Shown: positions 40,272 through 50,543 of the stretch, in pieces
How positions within the stretch are numbered: position 1 is the stretch's first letter
How the letters are laid out: each line of letters opens with the position of its first letter
DNA from: a virus
Direction: 5' to 3' (one strand)
IMG/VR virus record: IMGVR_UViG_3300045999_009829
DNA: 64,000 nt
The notes under the pieces: generated by a model
Seen by the model: the letters and a program-made list of their open reading frames with translations, nothing else
What the model was told of the DNA's origin: nothing
Database searches by the model: none
Made by a program: the position numbers and the translations under genes

Positions 40272-41714
40272 TTAAGTTAGGTCTATGTTGTAGAGCTTGT
40301 ACTTGAACTTCTCACTGCTGTAGATCTTGATGCGCTCGATGAAGTGCAGCAGGGTGTAGTTCTTCTTGGTCTTCCATGAGAGGTTGTCCGCTATGTCATA
40401 CAGCGTGGCGCTAGTCTTTTGCTCCGTGGTGCGGAGACCTCGACCGATGGACTGCAGGTTCCGCACCCGGGACTTTGATGGACTGGCGAACACGACGTTG
40501 GAGAGGCTCTTGATGTTGATGCCAGTCGACGAGGTGCCGTAGCTGGCGACTATGATGGCGTTCTGTTCAGTCTCGATGATCTGCCGGATCTCTTCTCGTC
40601 TCTCACCGTCGACCGCACCAGAGATGAAGAACACCTTGCGGTCAACCGCATCCTTGGATATCATGTCGAACAGCACCTTGCCGTGCTTCTCCACGTACTG
40701 AAAGAGCAGCAGGGTATTGCCCTCGAGCGACAGAACCAGGTTCTTGATGAACTTGTTCCTCTGCTCACTTCGGGCAAGGAAGTCCATCTCGTCTTGGTAC
40801 TCGGCCTTGCACATGACCTTTCTGACTTCATCTGGGTGCTTGAGTACCAGAGCCTTGATCATGAGCTCCGCTAGGTGCTTTTGATCCATGAGCTCTGCGG
40901 TGCTGGTCACCTTGCGGACGGGACCGAACAGTCCCTCCAGCACCAACTTGTTGGTCTGCATTCCGTCCAGGGTGCCAGTGAACCCAAACTTGTACTTGCA
41001 GCCATCAGTTGCAGCCATGATAGAGGTGAGGGACTTTGCCTTGAACAGGTGAGCCTCGTCGCCTATCACCATACCGAACTGCTGGAACCACTTCTTGGGG
41101 AGCTTGTAGATGGACTGCCAGGTAGAGATGACGAACGGCTTGTCTGAGTCCTTCTCCTCACCAGACATGATCTTGTGGATCAGTCCCTTCGGCATGCCGT
41201 AGTCCTCGAAGTCAGATGCCATCTGGTGCACGAGAGACGTGGTGGGTACGATGATCAGAGTCTTCTGTCTGTAGTAGCATGACAGCAGGTAGATGATGAG
41301 TGACTTGCCGGAGCCAGTCGGGGAGAGCAGTAGAGCTCTTCTCTTTCTGACGCCATGGACAAAGGCGTCTAGCTGGTAGTCCCTGGGTGCATGCTTTGGA
41401 GCAAGCTTCTGCACAAACTCGTTGGCCTCCTTGAGGGAGAACTCCTCGTCGCCCGGAAGGTCATCAACATCGAGCTCGTACTCCCTGCTCTTGCAGAAGC
41501 TGCCTAGCTGTTCAGTCAGTCCGCAGTACAGGAGTCGAGTGAGGGGATTGAACAGCCTTATCTTGCCGTCCCAGACTCTATTCCTGTACTGCGGTGAGAA
41601 CTTGGCGCCCGGCACGTCAAACGTAAAGTGCTCTGCTATCTCCATAGCCGTACTGGGGTCACACTCTATTCGGTTGTGTACCTCGTTGTACTTCCTTACC
41701 GTAACTGTTTCCAT
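40272..41714 (-). CDS. uvsW: SF2 helicase UvsW
   Basis: SPTGSGKS, DEAH, TGT, QSIGRGLR. Confidence 0.96.
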   Translation of the reverse strand: METVTVRKYNEVHNRIECDPSTAMEIAEHFTFDVPGAKFSPQYRNRVWDGKIRLFNPLTRLLYCGLTEQLGSFCKSREYELDVDDLPGDEEFSLKEANEFVQKLAPKHAPRDYQLDAFVHGVRKRRALLLSPTGSGKSLIIYLLSCYYRQKTLIIVPTTSLVHQMASDFEDYGMPKGLIHKIMSGEEKDSDKPFVISTWQSIYKLPKKWFQQFGMVIGDEAHLFKAKSLTSIMAATDGCKYKFGFTGTLDGMQTNKLVLEGLFGPVRKVTSTAELMDQKHLAELMIKALVLKHPDEVRKVMCKAEYQDEMDFLARSEQRNKFIKNLVLSLEGNTLLLFQYVEKHGKVLFDMISKDAVDRKVFFISGAVDGERREEIRQIIETEQNAIIVASYGTSSTGINIKSLSNVVFASPSKSRVRNLQSIGRGLRTTEQKTSATLYDIADNLSWKTKKNYTLLHFIERIKIYSSEKFKYKLYNIDLT

Positions 41715-41729
41715 CTAGCTGCCTTCTTA

Positions 41730-42194
41730 TCACGCACCCATTGTGAACTTCATGAAGTCTATGGCGTTCTTGATCAGGAAGTTTCGAGTCTGGAGACTCT
41801 TGATGATCGACTCGAGGAACTCTACCTTCTCTCCCTGCATCCCGATCTTCAGGGAGAGCTCGATGGTATCCCTGTCTGCTTCCATGTACATCGGAATGTC
41901 AGCCTTGAGGATCAAACCTCTGGCTGGCAGTTCCCATCCGAGCTTCTTGGTCTCCTCGGTGTGACCCTGACTGTAGAACTCATACTTGGATAGCTTGAGC
42001 TGCTTGAGCTCTGCCTCTAGCTTGCGAAGGGATGCCTTCTCAGCCACAAGGATCATGTGGTACTTATGGTGCAGCTTAGGGATCTTTAGACTCTCGTTGC
42101 CGAGATCGGTGTTGTCGATCTCGCTGTCCTTCTTCCACTCTTCAAAGATTTGCTCGAACTTCACCTGGTGCTCCATCTCAACAAATAAGTTCAA
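41730..42194 (-). CDS. uvsY: Recombination mediator UvsY
   Basis: WKKDSEID...IPKLHHKY...IKNAIDF. Confidence 0.9.
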   Translation of the reverse strand: MNLFVEMEHQVKFEQIFEEWKKDSEIDNTDLGNESLKIPKLHHKYHMILVAEKASLRKLEAELKQLKLSKYEFYSQGHTEETKKLGWELPARGLILKADIPMYMEADRDTIELSLKIGMQGEKVEFLESIIKSLQTRNFLIKNAIDFMKFTMGA

Positions 42195-42217
42195 TGTAAC
42201 ACATCAGAGCTTACTTG

Positions 42218-42538
42218 TCAACCACCGACAAAGACCGTAGAGAATCCTGAAGTTATGATGTTGTCAGACGTGTACCTGTCTCCGATCCTACCTATACCCT
42301 TTCCACCTACAAGAACAGTAGATGAAAATGCTGTAAGCGGAGATATATCGGGCCCACATCCTGAAAATGGGTGTAGTCCCACAAGATCTCCCTGCAACAC
42401 TATTTGTGAACCGCCAACAAATACAGTTGAAGTGCCAGGCCCCGTGGATGTCGTCATAGGTGCTCTACACCCTTTGCCAAGTCCTGTACGAGAAAGAACC
42501 CTATCGACACCATTTGCTCTAGCTATAGCTGGCATCAT
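42218..42538 (-). CDS. PAAR-like baseplate spike tip (gp5.4-like)
   Basis: MPAIAR...STVFVGG...RIGD...STVFVGG. Confidence 0.85.
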   Translation of the reverse strand: MMPAIARANGVDRVLSRTGLGKGCRAPMTTSTGPGTSTVFVGGSQIVLQGDLVGLHPFSGCGPDISPLTAFSSTVLVGGKGIGRIGDRYTSDNIITSGFSTVFVGG

Positions 42539-43131
42539 GCATCTCCTGAATTGACTAGATTCTGAAAAGCGGCTTGTGCAGAGGTTTGATCCCAGTACAC
42601 ATATTGATCCAATGTGACCGAAGCTTCGGTTGCAGTACCGAAATCGACCGTAAAATTATACACGTTCTCTAATAGTTCCCAAGAGGGATTCGGCGGCGGT
42701 ACCCAGTTATAAACTGCAAAGAAGTTATCAGGAATTGTTCCAGACACGCTTACGTTGTCTAGAGTCGGAAACGGTAGCGTGGGGTCTGGCTGATCCAGGA
42801 CGAATGAATACGTTGCCGGAAAGTCGACTGACGGCACGCCTGTTAGTCTGATGACGTATGCATACGGATCTGTATCGGTCACCTGAAACGTAACACCGGT
42901 ATAGCCTATAAGTGTAGAGCTAGCGGTCGATATCGGATACGGTGTGAGCACGTCCCCTTCGGGACCAGGAATGGACTCATACAGTCTTAGTGTCACATCC
43001 ACCACAAATGATGCGCCAAGAGTAGCTGAAAACATGTATGTACTAGCAGTTGAATCTTCTGGGTAGAGGTCTCCGCCGATGGTAGGGACATTAACGGCGG
43101 TCTTGGTTAGGACCAACACATATGTTGTCAT
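42535..43131 (-). CDS. Hypothetical (probable virion) protein
   Basis: 198-aa beta-rich ORF between gp3 and PAAR. Confidence 0.6.
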   Translation of the reverse strand: MTTYVLVLTKTAVNVPTIGGDLYPEDSTASTYMFSATLGASFVVDVTLRLYESIPGPEGDVLTPYPISTASSTLIGYTGVTFQVTDTDPYAYVIRLTGVPSVDFPATYSFVLDQPDPTLPFPTLDNVSVSGTIPDNFFAVYNWVPPPNPSWELLENVYNFTVDFGTATEASVTLDQYVYWDQTSAQAAFQNLVNSGDA

Positions 43132-43643
43132 GCTAGAACTTTAGTGATGTCGTATGTCGTGTACCGGAACGTGGCAGTCGCCTGTATGTAGTCGATGTCC
43201 TCATCCGTGGTTGCAAAGTCCACCCCAGACACGTTTGTCGGAAACGCGTCCTTGAACACCACCTCGTAGTTGGCGTTCCTGTTGCTGGTGAGGACCGTAA
43301 GGGAGATATCAGACTTCAGTGACTCGCCCGTGGTCTTGGGTCTGTTGGCTATAGTCCTGTACTCTTCAAATGACCTCTTGCCGAGAGCTCTGATCCATTC
43401 GTGCAGCTCCATGTAGTTTCTGAGGTTCTCGTCTACCTTGTAGGTGATCTGGAGCTCGTCGTAGAGAAGGTGGTCACCTGCATACGGCACGCGGATAAGC
43501 GGATTGCTCACGTCGATCTCTGGCAGTGACAGACCAGGTAGGTTTACAGCCTGGATGAAGAAGTTGACGTGAGGGGCTCGCTTGAGGCTGAACTTAAAGT
43601 TGAGCGGTGACAGGAAGTTTTTGTTTGTAACTTGATCCGACAT
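43128..43643 (-). CDS. 3: Tail tube terminator (gp3-like)
   Basis: NFLSPLNFKF, VDENLRNYMELHEW, DAFPT. Confidence 0.88.
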   Translation of the reverse strand: MSDQVTNKNFLSPLNFKFSLKRAPHVNFFIQAVNLPGLSLPEIDVSNPLIRVPYAGDHLLYDELQITYKVDENLRNYMELHEWIRALGKRSFEEYRTIANRPKTTGESLKSDISLTVLTSNRNANYEVVFKDAFPTNVSGVDFATTDEDIDYIQATATFRYTTYDITKVLA

Positions 43644-43670
43644 GACAAGGTCCTCCTCTAGTATTTAGGC

Positions 43671-43696
43671 AAAAAGAAAGGGAGCCGAAGCTCCCT
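43671..43696 (-). terminator. Intrinsic terminator with cUUCGg loop
   Basis: GGGAGC-TTCG-GCTCCC-TTTCTTTTT. Confidence 0.9.
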
Positions 43697-43776
43697 CAGG
43701 TTGCGTTGTGGCTTGCGAGCCACTTTATAGGTTCTCAAATTGTGCTGTCTGAGATTCAATATTATTTATGTGCAAT

Positions 43777-43803
43777 AAAAAAGGGGAGCCGAAGCTCCCC
43801 TTT
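43777..43803 (-). terminator. gp23 terminator with cUUCGg loop
   Basis: GGGGAGC-TTCG-GCTCCCC-TTTTTT. Confidence 0.9.
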
Positions 43804-43830
43804 CTAGTCGGCCGGTTAACCCGGCTCTGA

Positions 43831-45210
43831 TTACATGAGGTTATTAACGATAACCCTGCGGTAGTACACGTTGGTGTTGATGGCAAGAGCGCCGTCACCC
43901 TTTGTGATGCCCTGGGCGAATGGGTTGGCGACCATGCCGTACCTGGTCTTGAAGCCGATCTTGGGCTGGAATGTGCCCTGGTCGACCGCACGGACCATCT
44001 GCAGAGGCACGTATGGGCAGTAGAAGAGGCCGGCATCGAAGGCCGAAGAGCCCTTGTAGCCAACGGTGAGGTAGTTACCACCGATCGCGTATGGATCGAT
44101 GTAGACCTTCAGGCGGCCGTTCAGAACACCGGCAAAGGTGTTGCCTGTGTCGTCAACCTGGAGGTTGTTGGAGTTGAGGGCAGGAGCGTAGTCAAGGACA
44201 CCGGCCATCTGCAGAGCCGAAGCAACGTCGGACGAGCAGATAACGATGTTACCCTTACCACGGCGGGTCTGCTTGGCGATCTGGTTGGCTTCACGCTCTA
44301 GCTGGAACATCAGACCCTTGAACTTCTCAACCGACCAACGGCCGTTTGAGTCTGTGTCGAGGTCGAACACGCCGGCAGTTGTGACGTTGTCCTGGGCGCC
44401 TGGAACGGCTGTGATGTTGATCGTACGAACAACTTCACGGTTGATTTCGGCAAGGATTTCAGCAGACAGGATGTTGGCGAGCTCTGTCTCGGCGTCGAGG
44501 CCGTGAATCGCCTTCAGGTCCTGAGCCAGTTCCATGGTGTACTCGGCCTTCAGGGCACGTGACTTAGCTGTCACTGTAACCTTTTCGATCGAGAACGCCA
44601 TCGAGGCAAACATCGTGTTGCTGTCAGCGCCGAGGGCTTCAGCCTGGGCTGTTGACATGCCTGTACCGGTGTTGTAGGTGTTAACGGCAGACAGACCAGA
44701 TGTGTTGGAGTCGCCGGGGATTGAGCCGACAAACTTCTGACCGAATGAGTTGGCGCCAGATACAACGGTCGAGAAGGAGGTGTTGACTTCGTTGTAGAAT
44801 GTCTCACCACCGGCAAGGGCGTTGGCTGTCGTGGCGTTGGCAGCGTAGCGTGAGCGCATGGCAAAGATCAGGCCTGTTGGGCCAGTCATTGGCTGCGTGC
44901 CGCAGATGTCATAGGCAATCAGGTTCGGCATTGCACGGCGAACCAGGCTGATCAGCACTGGGTCAAACGTGTCGATGGCGCCTGTACCAGCTGTTGAGCT
45001 AGAACCGCCCATGTTGTTCAGGGGGAGAGCAGAAGTCGTCTCCATGAGTGTCTGGAACTGACCATGGGCAGAGGCCTCACGGAGAGCTCTTTCGGTGTTC
45101 TCAAGAACTACCGCTGTAACTGAACGGCGGTGAGCGTCCTTAATTGTGGGCAGGTCCTCGTGCTCGAGGATAGGCGCCCACTTCTTCTGTACTTCTTCTT
45201 GTAGAAACAT
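43831..45210 (-). CDS. 23: Major capsid protein (gp23)
   Basis: DPVLISLVRR, QPMTGPTGLIFAMR, KSRALKAEYT, YCPYVPL, GFKTRYG; TATAAATA at 45239-45246. Confidence 0.98.
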   Translation of the reverse strand: MFLQEEVQKKWAPILEHEDLPTIKDAHRRSVTAVVLENTERALREASAHGQFQTLMETTSALPLNNMGGSSSTAGTGAIDTFDPVLISLVRRAMPNLIAYDICGTQPMTGPTGLIFAMRSRYAANATTANALAGGETFYNEVNTSFSTVVSGANSFGQKFVGSIPGDSNTSGLSAVNTYNTGTGMSTAQAEALGADSNTMFASMAFSIEKVTVTAKSRALKAEYTMELAQDLKAIHGLDAETELANILSAEILAEINREVVRTINITAVPGAQDNVTTAGVFDLDTDSNGRWSVEKFKGLMFQLEREANQIAKQTRRGKGNIVICSSDVASALQMAGVLDYAPALNSNNLQVDDTGNTFAGVLNGRLKVYIDPYAIGGNYLTVGYKGSSAFDAGLFYCPYVPLQMVRAVDQGTFQPKIGFKTRYGMVANPFAQGITKGDGALAINTNVYYRRVIVNNLM

Positions 45211-45251
45211 TAGTTAATCCCTTTCCTAAGGTTTTTTCTATTTATACTAGA

Positions 45252-46292
45252 TTACTTCTTGATGGTTCTCGAGATGGCCTGGACGTACTTGCCGACCGAT
45301 GGGTCAACAGACACAGTCGCCTGCTGAGTTCCGACGTCGCCTTCAAATGTCTCCTCCTCGATGTTCACCGCTGTGGTCGGTGACTTCTTGGAGAAGTACT
45401 GTTCCTTAACGACGGAAAGCTTCTTCGCGTAGACATCGAGGTCGCCGTCAAAGTCGATCCCTTCAGCCAGTGCAAAGAACTTTTCAGCCTGAGTCATCGT
45501 CAGGCCCTCTGCAAGATCATTAAGCACATCGTGCCTGACAGACTCGGCGACGATGTCCTTAAGCTCTGCATTCTCGTTGATGGATTCGGCAAGCGCCTCT
45601 TCCAGTTCCTCAACCTTGTTAGCGAGGGACTCGACCACGTCGATCTTCTCCTCGGGCATCTCGATGTAGTTTTCAGCGAACAGGTTCTTCAGTCCGCCGA
45701 TGAACTCTTCCATGATCTCATTGCGCAGTGCAGACTCGATGGCGACCTTGTTGTCCTCCATCCACTTCTCCACGACGTAGTCTAGATATGTGTCGAGGCC
45801 CTTCTCGAGAGACTCTGTGATCTCTGTCTTGGCTTCCTCGAGCTTCTCTTCGTACTGCTCTTCAAGCTTAGCGACCTCAAGTGAGATGCGGGCTGTAACA
45901 GCGGCTTCAAACAGAGTTGAGGCCTTGTCCTTGAACTCCTCTGAGAGCTCCTGACCGTCAAACATCTCCTCGACGTCTTCCTTGACGCTAAGCTTTGGCA
46001 TCGGATCCTTAGTCTTGGGACCCTTGCCCGTCTTCATGTCGATCGAGCCCTGATTGGCGTCGGCTGTGGCGCCGCCTGGCAGAGAATCGGCTTCCTTGCC
46101 GATCAGAGCCATGGCTTGATTAAACCACTTGGTCAAGTCTTCCTTCTTCATGCCGTTCATTGCACCCAGTGTGCGCTGCATGAACTCAATCTTTGACTTG
46201 GGGTTATCGTCTGGACGAGAACCAGCCTTAAGAGTTTCGGAGGCGATAGATTCGTCGATCTTCTCGACTTCGTTAGTTTCATCTGACATCAA
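45252..46292 (-). CDS. 22: Prohead core scaffold (gp22)
   Basis: LSEEFKDKASTLFEAAV, YLDYVVEKW; acidic coiled coil. Confidence 0.92.
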   Translation of the reverse strand: MMSDETNEVEKIDESIASETLKAGSRPDDNPKSKIEFMQRTLGAMNGMKKEDLTKWFNQAMALIGKEADSLPGGATADANQGSIDMKTGKGPKTKDPMPKLSVKEDVEEMFDGQELSEEFKDKASTLFEAAVTARISLEVAKLEEQYEEKLEEAKTEITESLEKGLDTYLDYVVEKWMEDNKVAIESALRNEIMEEFIGGLKNLFAENYIEMPEEKIDVVESLANKVEELEEALAESINENAELKDIVAESVRHDVLNDLAEGLTMTQAEKFFALAEGIDFDGDLDVYAKKLSVVKEQYFSKKSPTTAVNIEEETFEGDVGTQQATVSVDPSVGKYVQAISRTIKK

Positions 46293-46321
46293 AGGTGTCT
46301 CCCTTTACTAGTTTTGTATAT

Positions 46322-46996
46322 TTATAAAGAATTCTTCTTTGAAAGGCTTACAATAAAGCCCTCAAAAATACCTAGCTTTGAACGCTCGATGTCGTCCATT
46401 CCCATCTTTCTTAGAGTCGCCTTTGTCTCGTGCAGCCTCTCCTGGTACCAAGAGTCGGTCGAGGCATCATAGACCCAGTCAACATTCTCCATCACACCCT
46501 TGACGAACGCGTCTGGAGCAGAGGGATCCGCAACGATATCAGCCGCTGTAGCCAGCTTGAAGTCAGTGCCGACTTCCATGATGCCCTGCTTGTTGGGCTT
46601 AAGTGAACCGAGGCCTCTTGATGACACACCGAGATTAGCGCCAGACTTCAGTAGACCCTTGGCGATGTTGCCCATGGGCGTCTCTGCTAGCTTTGCCTTA
46701 CCGATGTAATTATCACCCTCTTTCTTGAGGCTCGTGATCAGGTGTGAAACTCTGTCGAGGTTGATCTGTGGGCCGTCGGGGTGACCGAGCTCGCCGTATG
46801 CACGGTTATTGGTGACGTGACTGTCTGTGTATCTCTGGACAGCGGCATCCATCACGTGGGTTGGGTAGATTCTTCCGTTACGATTAGGCTTGTTTGCCTG
46901 CAGGAAGATGCCCTCAATGTAGTGGTCCTTAGAGCCGTCTTCCTTGGCTTCCGTGAGGTAGCTTACCTCTTCGGTGAGTTCTGTGATGAGCTTCAT
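46322..46996 (-). CDS. 21: Prohead protease (gp21)
   Basis: NRNGRIY, GELGHP, GVSSRGLGS, DIVADPSAPDA. Confidence 0.96.
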   Translation of the reverse strand: MKLITELTEEVSYLTEAKEDGSKDHYIEGIFLQANKPNRNGRIYPTHVMDAAVQRYTDSHVTNNRAYGELGHPDGPQINLDRVSHLITSLKKEGDNYIGKAKLAETPMGNIAKGLLKSGANLGVSSRGLGSLKPNKQGIMEVGTDFKLATAADIVADPSAPDAFVKGVMENVDWVYDASTDSWYQERLHETKATLRKMGMDDIERSKLGIFEGFIVSLSKKNSL

Positions 46997-46997
46997 C

Positions 46998-47243
46998 TTA
47001 GCCTCTATATGCGGCGACTGTAGCTTGAACTGCTACATTAGCGGAGATCAAGTCTGTCGGTGCCTTCTGTACAAAGATGTACTGATTGGCAGGGATCACA
47101 AACGATGCATACTGTGTTGTTGAATTGGAAAAGAGATTAACCTGTGCAGCAGCGGTAGCTGCAATGTAGACCACAACGCAGTTAGCGACAGTGTTCTGGG
47201 TTGTCAACGCTATGGCATTAGCGGATGGCTTGATGATATTCAT
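46998..47243 (-). CDS. Small hypothetical virion protein
   Basis: 81-aa ORF in the head operon. Confidence 0.65.
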   Translation of the reverse strand: MNIIKPSANAIALTTQNTVANCVVVYIAATAAAQVNLFSNSTTQYASFVIPANQYIFVQKAPTDLISANVAVQATVAAYRG

Positions 47244-47938
47244 ACGTTTCGTCCCGTATTGACATCAGCGGAGAAGTTCGGCAGGGTATTCCTGACGGTG
47301 CCGCTTGACATGTCGATTCCGCCGACATAAGGCGCTGTCTGCTCTTCGTGATCACCGTAGACCATGTAGTCATGGACAGATGAGACGTAGTCCTTTGCCT
47401 TCGTGATCTTTGACTGCACCCACGGCTCCAGAGTCATAGAGTCTGGGATGTTGGCAACTAGTGCCAAAGCCTTGGCAGACAGAGCACGAAGCTCAGACTT
47501 TGCCATCTCGGCGGATTCGTCATCCGCCGATCCGACTAAAGGGACAGCGAGGGACTCCTTGAGCTTGCCTCTGATCTCGCGAAGGCTCTTAGTGCCAGAT
47601 GGGCAAGCGGCTTCTGCATGTACGGGGCATGCGGTGCCCTCTTCTGTCATGTTGCACTTGGAGCCTTCGGTGATGCCCTTGTCGTATACCTTCTTGTCCT
47701 TGGGCGTCTTGTGGCCGTGCTTGGTTTCCTTGTCAAGGACATACTTTGTGGTGCCCTTGTACACGTCGTCACCGTTGCCTACTCTGTCGGCATGCTTCTC
47801 GGTCTTGTGTAGGGCGACAAAGTCCTGCTCACCCTTGGCCTTCGGCATGTAGTCCACGCCAGGCTCGTCGCCGGTTGAACCGGGAACTACCGTTGACTTC
47901 TTTACGCCAGCTAAAATGTCCTTAAGCGACTTCGGCAT
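47240..47938 (-). CDS. Prohead core / internal protein (gp68 position)
   Basis: Start MPKSLKDIL; LEPWVQSKITKAKDY; position between gp67 and gp21. Confidence 0.6.
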   Translation of the reverse strand: MPKSLKDILAGVKKSTVVPGSTGDEPGVDYMPKAKGEQDFVALHKTEKHADRVGNGDDVYKGTTKYVLDKETKHGHKTPKDKKVYDKGITEGSKCNMTEEGTACPVHAEAACPSGTKSLREIRGKLKESLAVPLVGSADDESAEMAKSELRALSAKALALVANIPDSMTLEPWVQSKITKAKDYVSSVHDYMVYGDHEEQTAPYVGGIDMSSGTVRNTLPNFSADVNTGRNV

Positions 47939-48155
47939 CTTCGTCTCCTGCTTCTGAGTCGTCTGATTCATCGCTCTCGGAATCATCGTTGTTGAACATG
48001 CTGTGGGCAACTTCAATCTTCTTCGTGTTGATGGCTGCGTCGATCTTGGGAGCAATCAGTGAGCTAAATGCGCTTCCAAACTCCAGAGGCTTTTGCTCAG
48101 AGCTAAACTTGACCAGATCGGCCAGTGTGTGTTGGATCTCTGCCATCGTCATCAT
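47922..48155 (-). CDS. Prohead core protein (gp67-like)
   Basis: Short with acidic tail, directly after the portal. Confidence 0.7.
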   Translation of the reverse strand: MMTMAEIQHTLADLVKFSSEQKPLEFGSAFSSLIAPKIDAAINTKKIEVAHSMFNNDDSESDESDDSEAGDEDAEVA

Positions 48156-49876
48156 TCTGCCTTATTCTTTGCTAGTGTCATGAGAGCTGATCTATATTTA
48201 GACTCATCCTGAAGTGAACGGTTCTTAGGGCCCTTCTCTTCCATCTGCTTCTTAATCAGCGTGGCCTGTCTGATCTTTTCATCGGGGTTATCATCAGCCG
48301 AGGGCTGACCGCCACCGCTATTTACACCGGCTAGATTTTCAGGTCCTTGCTGATCATCACCTATCTCAGGCATAGGTGGATTCCACCTTGGGTCCGCCTG
48401 CTCCTCGTTGATCTTCTCGTCCTGCTCTTCAATGTCATCATCGGACTGGCGGAGGATCTGTCTCCGAGCCCAGTCGTGTGAGTAGTACTTGCCGAGGAGT
48501 CCGCCCTGCTCGAACGTCATCATCAGGTTGGCTCTGTTCTGCATGATCTCTGCATCTTTGAGCTCGGTGAAGTAGTTGTCTCTGGAGAAGTCGTACTTGA
48601 CTTCATTAGAGATCTGCTGCCACTCCTCGATCGACATGATGCCCTTGAGGACCAACTGCTTCTCGAGGATCTGGTTAAACAGTGATGAGAACTTGCCGCG
48701 AAGTCTGACAATGAACTTGTAGAACTTTAGTTCGTCTCTCGTGACCTCTGTCGCCCTACCGATGGAGAACAGGGCGTCTGAGTTGAGCCTGTTCACGGGG
48801 ACGTTGAGGGTCTGATATAGCTTCTTCTGGAAGTACAGGACGTCGTCCATCTCGCCGAGGGTCTGACCGCCCGGGAGTGTGGTGACCTCTGTTCCGCGGC
48901 CGCCCTCGCGGCGGGGCAGCCAGTAGTCCTCAAGCATGGTCATGAACTTCCTGTCGTCCCTGACCTCGCCAGTTGAGGCGTCGTAGATCAGCCTGTTCTT
49001 GTGCTTGATCATGATGTCGCGGACGTACTGCTCAGCCTTCATCTTGGGCAGGTTGCCTACGTCGATGTACCAGATTCTTCTCTCTGGCGCACGGGCAAGC
49101 CTGTAGATGATTAGCGAGTCTTCTAGTGTCCTGAGCTGATTGAGCGGCTTGATAGCCTTGTGCATGTAAGACAAGACCATGGTGCCCTGCGTGTCGGTCA
49201 AGCCTGATGTCACGTGGACAATGGAGTCCTTGGCGATCTTCATGCCGGTCGTGGACGGACCGACTACCTTGTTGCCGTAGTTAAAGCCCTTGTCGTTGTA
49301 GATGTAGTACTCGTTCTGAATCTTGGGAATCAGCGCCTGCGAGCCGTCCTGTGAACCAGGGGCTCTCTTCTTTCCTACTTCCCTTACCTTGCGGATCTTT
49401 CTGGGATCCACGTAGCGCAGTTCCCTGACACCCTCGGATGGGTTGTCCTTGTCGATGATGGCGTGGTAGTAAAGTCGACCGTCGATGTACCAGCGCCTGT
49501 AGATCTCATAGCCCTGGTTATTGAAGTTGAGTAGCTTCAGAACAGTGACGAACTCGTCTCTGATAGCCTTCTTGACTCTCTCGGGTAGATCCTCGAGGTC
49601 GTCAAGGTTGATGGAGACCATGGTTTCTTCGTCGACTGAAATGGACTCGTTGACAATCTCATCTACAGCAGTGTCAATCTCTGGCTGCAGGGACATCTCT
49701 CTGTACTTGGTGACTAGCTCTGCTTCGGTCCTTACGGTACCGTCCAAGTCGATGTAGGTACCGTAAGCGCCGCCTGCAGCAACGATGACTGCACCGTCAT
49801 CGGCCTCTTTCGGGGCAAATGACGGTGCGGCCTCTACAGGCTCATTTCGCTTAAACTCAAATCCAAAAAGTTTCAT
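48152..49876 (-). CDS. 20: Portal protein (gp20)
   Basis: WYIDGR, IYRLARAPERRIWYIDVGN, EDYWLPRREGGRGTE. Confidence 0.98.
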   Translation of the reverse strand: MKLFGFEFKRNEPVEAAPSFAPKEADDGAVIVAAGGAYGTYIDLDGTVRTEAELVTKYREMSLQPEIDTAVDEIVNESISVDEETMVSINLDDLEDLPERVKKAIRDEFVTVLKLLNFNNQGYEIYRRWYIDGRLYYHAIIDKDNPSEGVRELRYVDPRKIRKVREVGKKRAPGSQDGSQALIPKIQNEYYIYNDKGFNYGNKVVGPSTTGMKIAKDSIVHVTSGLTDTQGTMVLSYMHKAIKPLNQLRTLEDSLIIYRLARAPERRIWYIDVGNLPKMKAEQYVRDIMIKHKNRLIYDASTGEVRDDRKFMTMLEDYWLPRREGGRGTEVTTLPGGQTLGEMDDVLYFQKKLYQTLNVPVNRLNSDALFSIGRATEVTRDELKFYKFIVRLRGKFSSLFNQILEKQLVLKGIMSIEEWQQISNEVKYDFSRDNYFTELKDAEIMQNRANLMMTFEQGGLLGKYYSHDWARRQILRQSDDDIEEQDEKINEEQADPRWNPPMPEIGDDQQGPENLAGVNSGGGQPSADDNPDEKIRQATLIKKQMEEKGPKNRSLQDESKYRSALMTLAKNKAE

Positions 49877-49900
49877 GATATGTATGTTCTGACTTAGTTA

Positions 49901-50515
49901 TTAGGCGTTAACGTCGATCTGCGGGGAGGTCGGGCCGCCCTCTAGATCGACGTTATTCATCAGAGGCACCCAGTAGTCGTAGGCAAACGTAACGCCGAAT
50001 GTCTGAATGGTATTCTGGGCTTCCCAGTCAAGAGCCATCTCATCGACAGCAACTGGGAACAGGTTTACAAACGTGTAAGCCTTAATGAAGTCATTATCAC
50101 CACCTTGAGTTCCTCTCTTCGAGTACTGTCTTACAGTAGCGGTGCCCTTATATCCACCACGGGGATTGTCAGAAACAACCCTTCTGTTGGAGACGATCGT
50201 GTTGACGTTGTTATGCCAAGCTTCCATGGCATTTCTGACCGAGTAGTCTTCGTCGTTCATGATCGTGACAGACCAATCGGCAAATGTTCTGTCGCCTGCA
50301 ACCTTTATGTTTCTACCGAAGTAGGGAACGTCGACTGAACCTACAGTTGAAGCAGGGATTGAGGTGGCCCTAGCTGTAAACCTTAGCTTCTCTGCCGCAC
50401 CCGAGGGAACGCCCACCAGAGCGGTCGGGAAGGTTACGACCACATCGAAGAGGGTGGGCCTAGCACCGCCGTGTCTAAGCCCGTTGTTGACAAAGTTGTT
50501 AATGTTAAAAGCCAT
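49901..50515 (-). CDS. 19: Tail tube protein (gp19)
   Basis: GARPTLF, AGDRTFADW, NDED, FAYDYW. Confidence 0.95.
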   Translation of the reverse strand: MAFNINNFVNNGLRHGGARPTLFDVVVTFPTALVGVPSGAAEKLRFTARATSIPASTVGSVDVPYFGRNIKVAGDRTFADWSVTIMNDEDYSVRNAMEAWHNNVNTIVSNRRVVSDNPRGGYKGTATVRQYSKRGTQGGDNDFIKAYTFVNLFPVAVDEMALDWEAQNTIQTFGVTFAYDYWVPLMNNVDLEGGPTSPQIDVNA

Positions 50516-50543
50516 CAGAGTAACTCCTTGTTTCCTCTATTTA

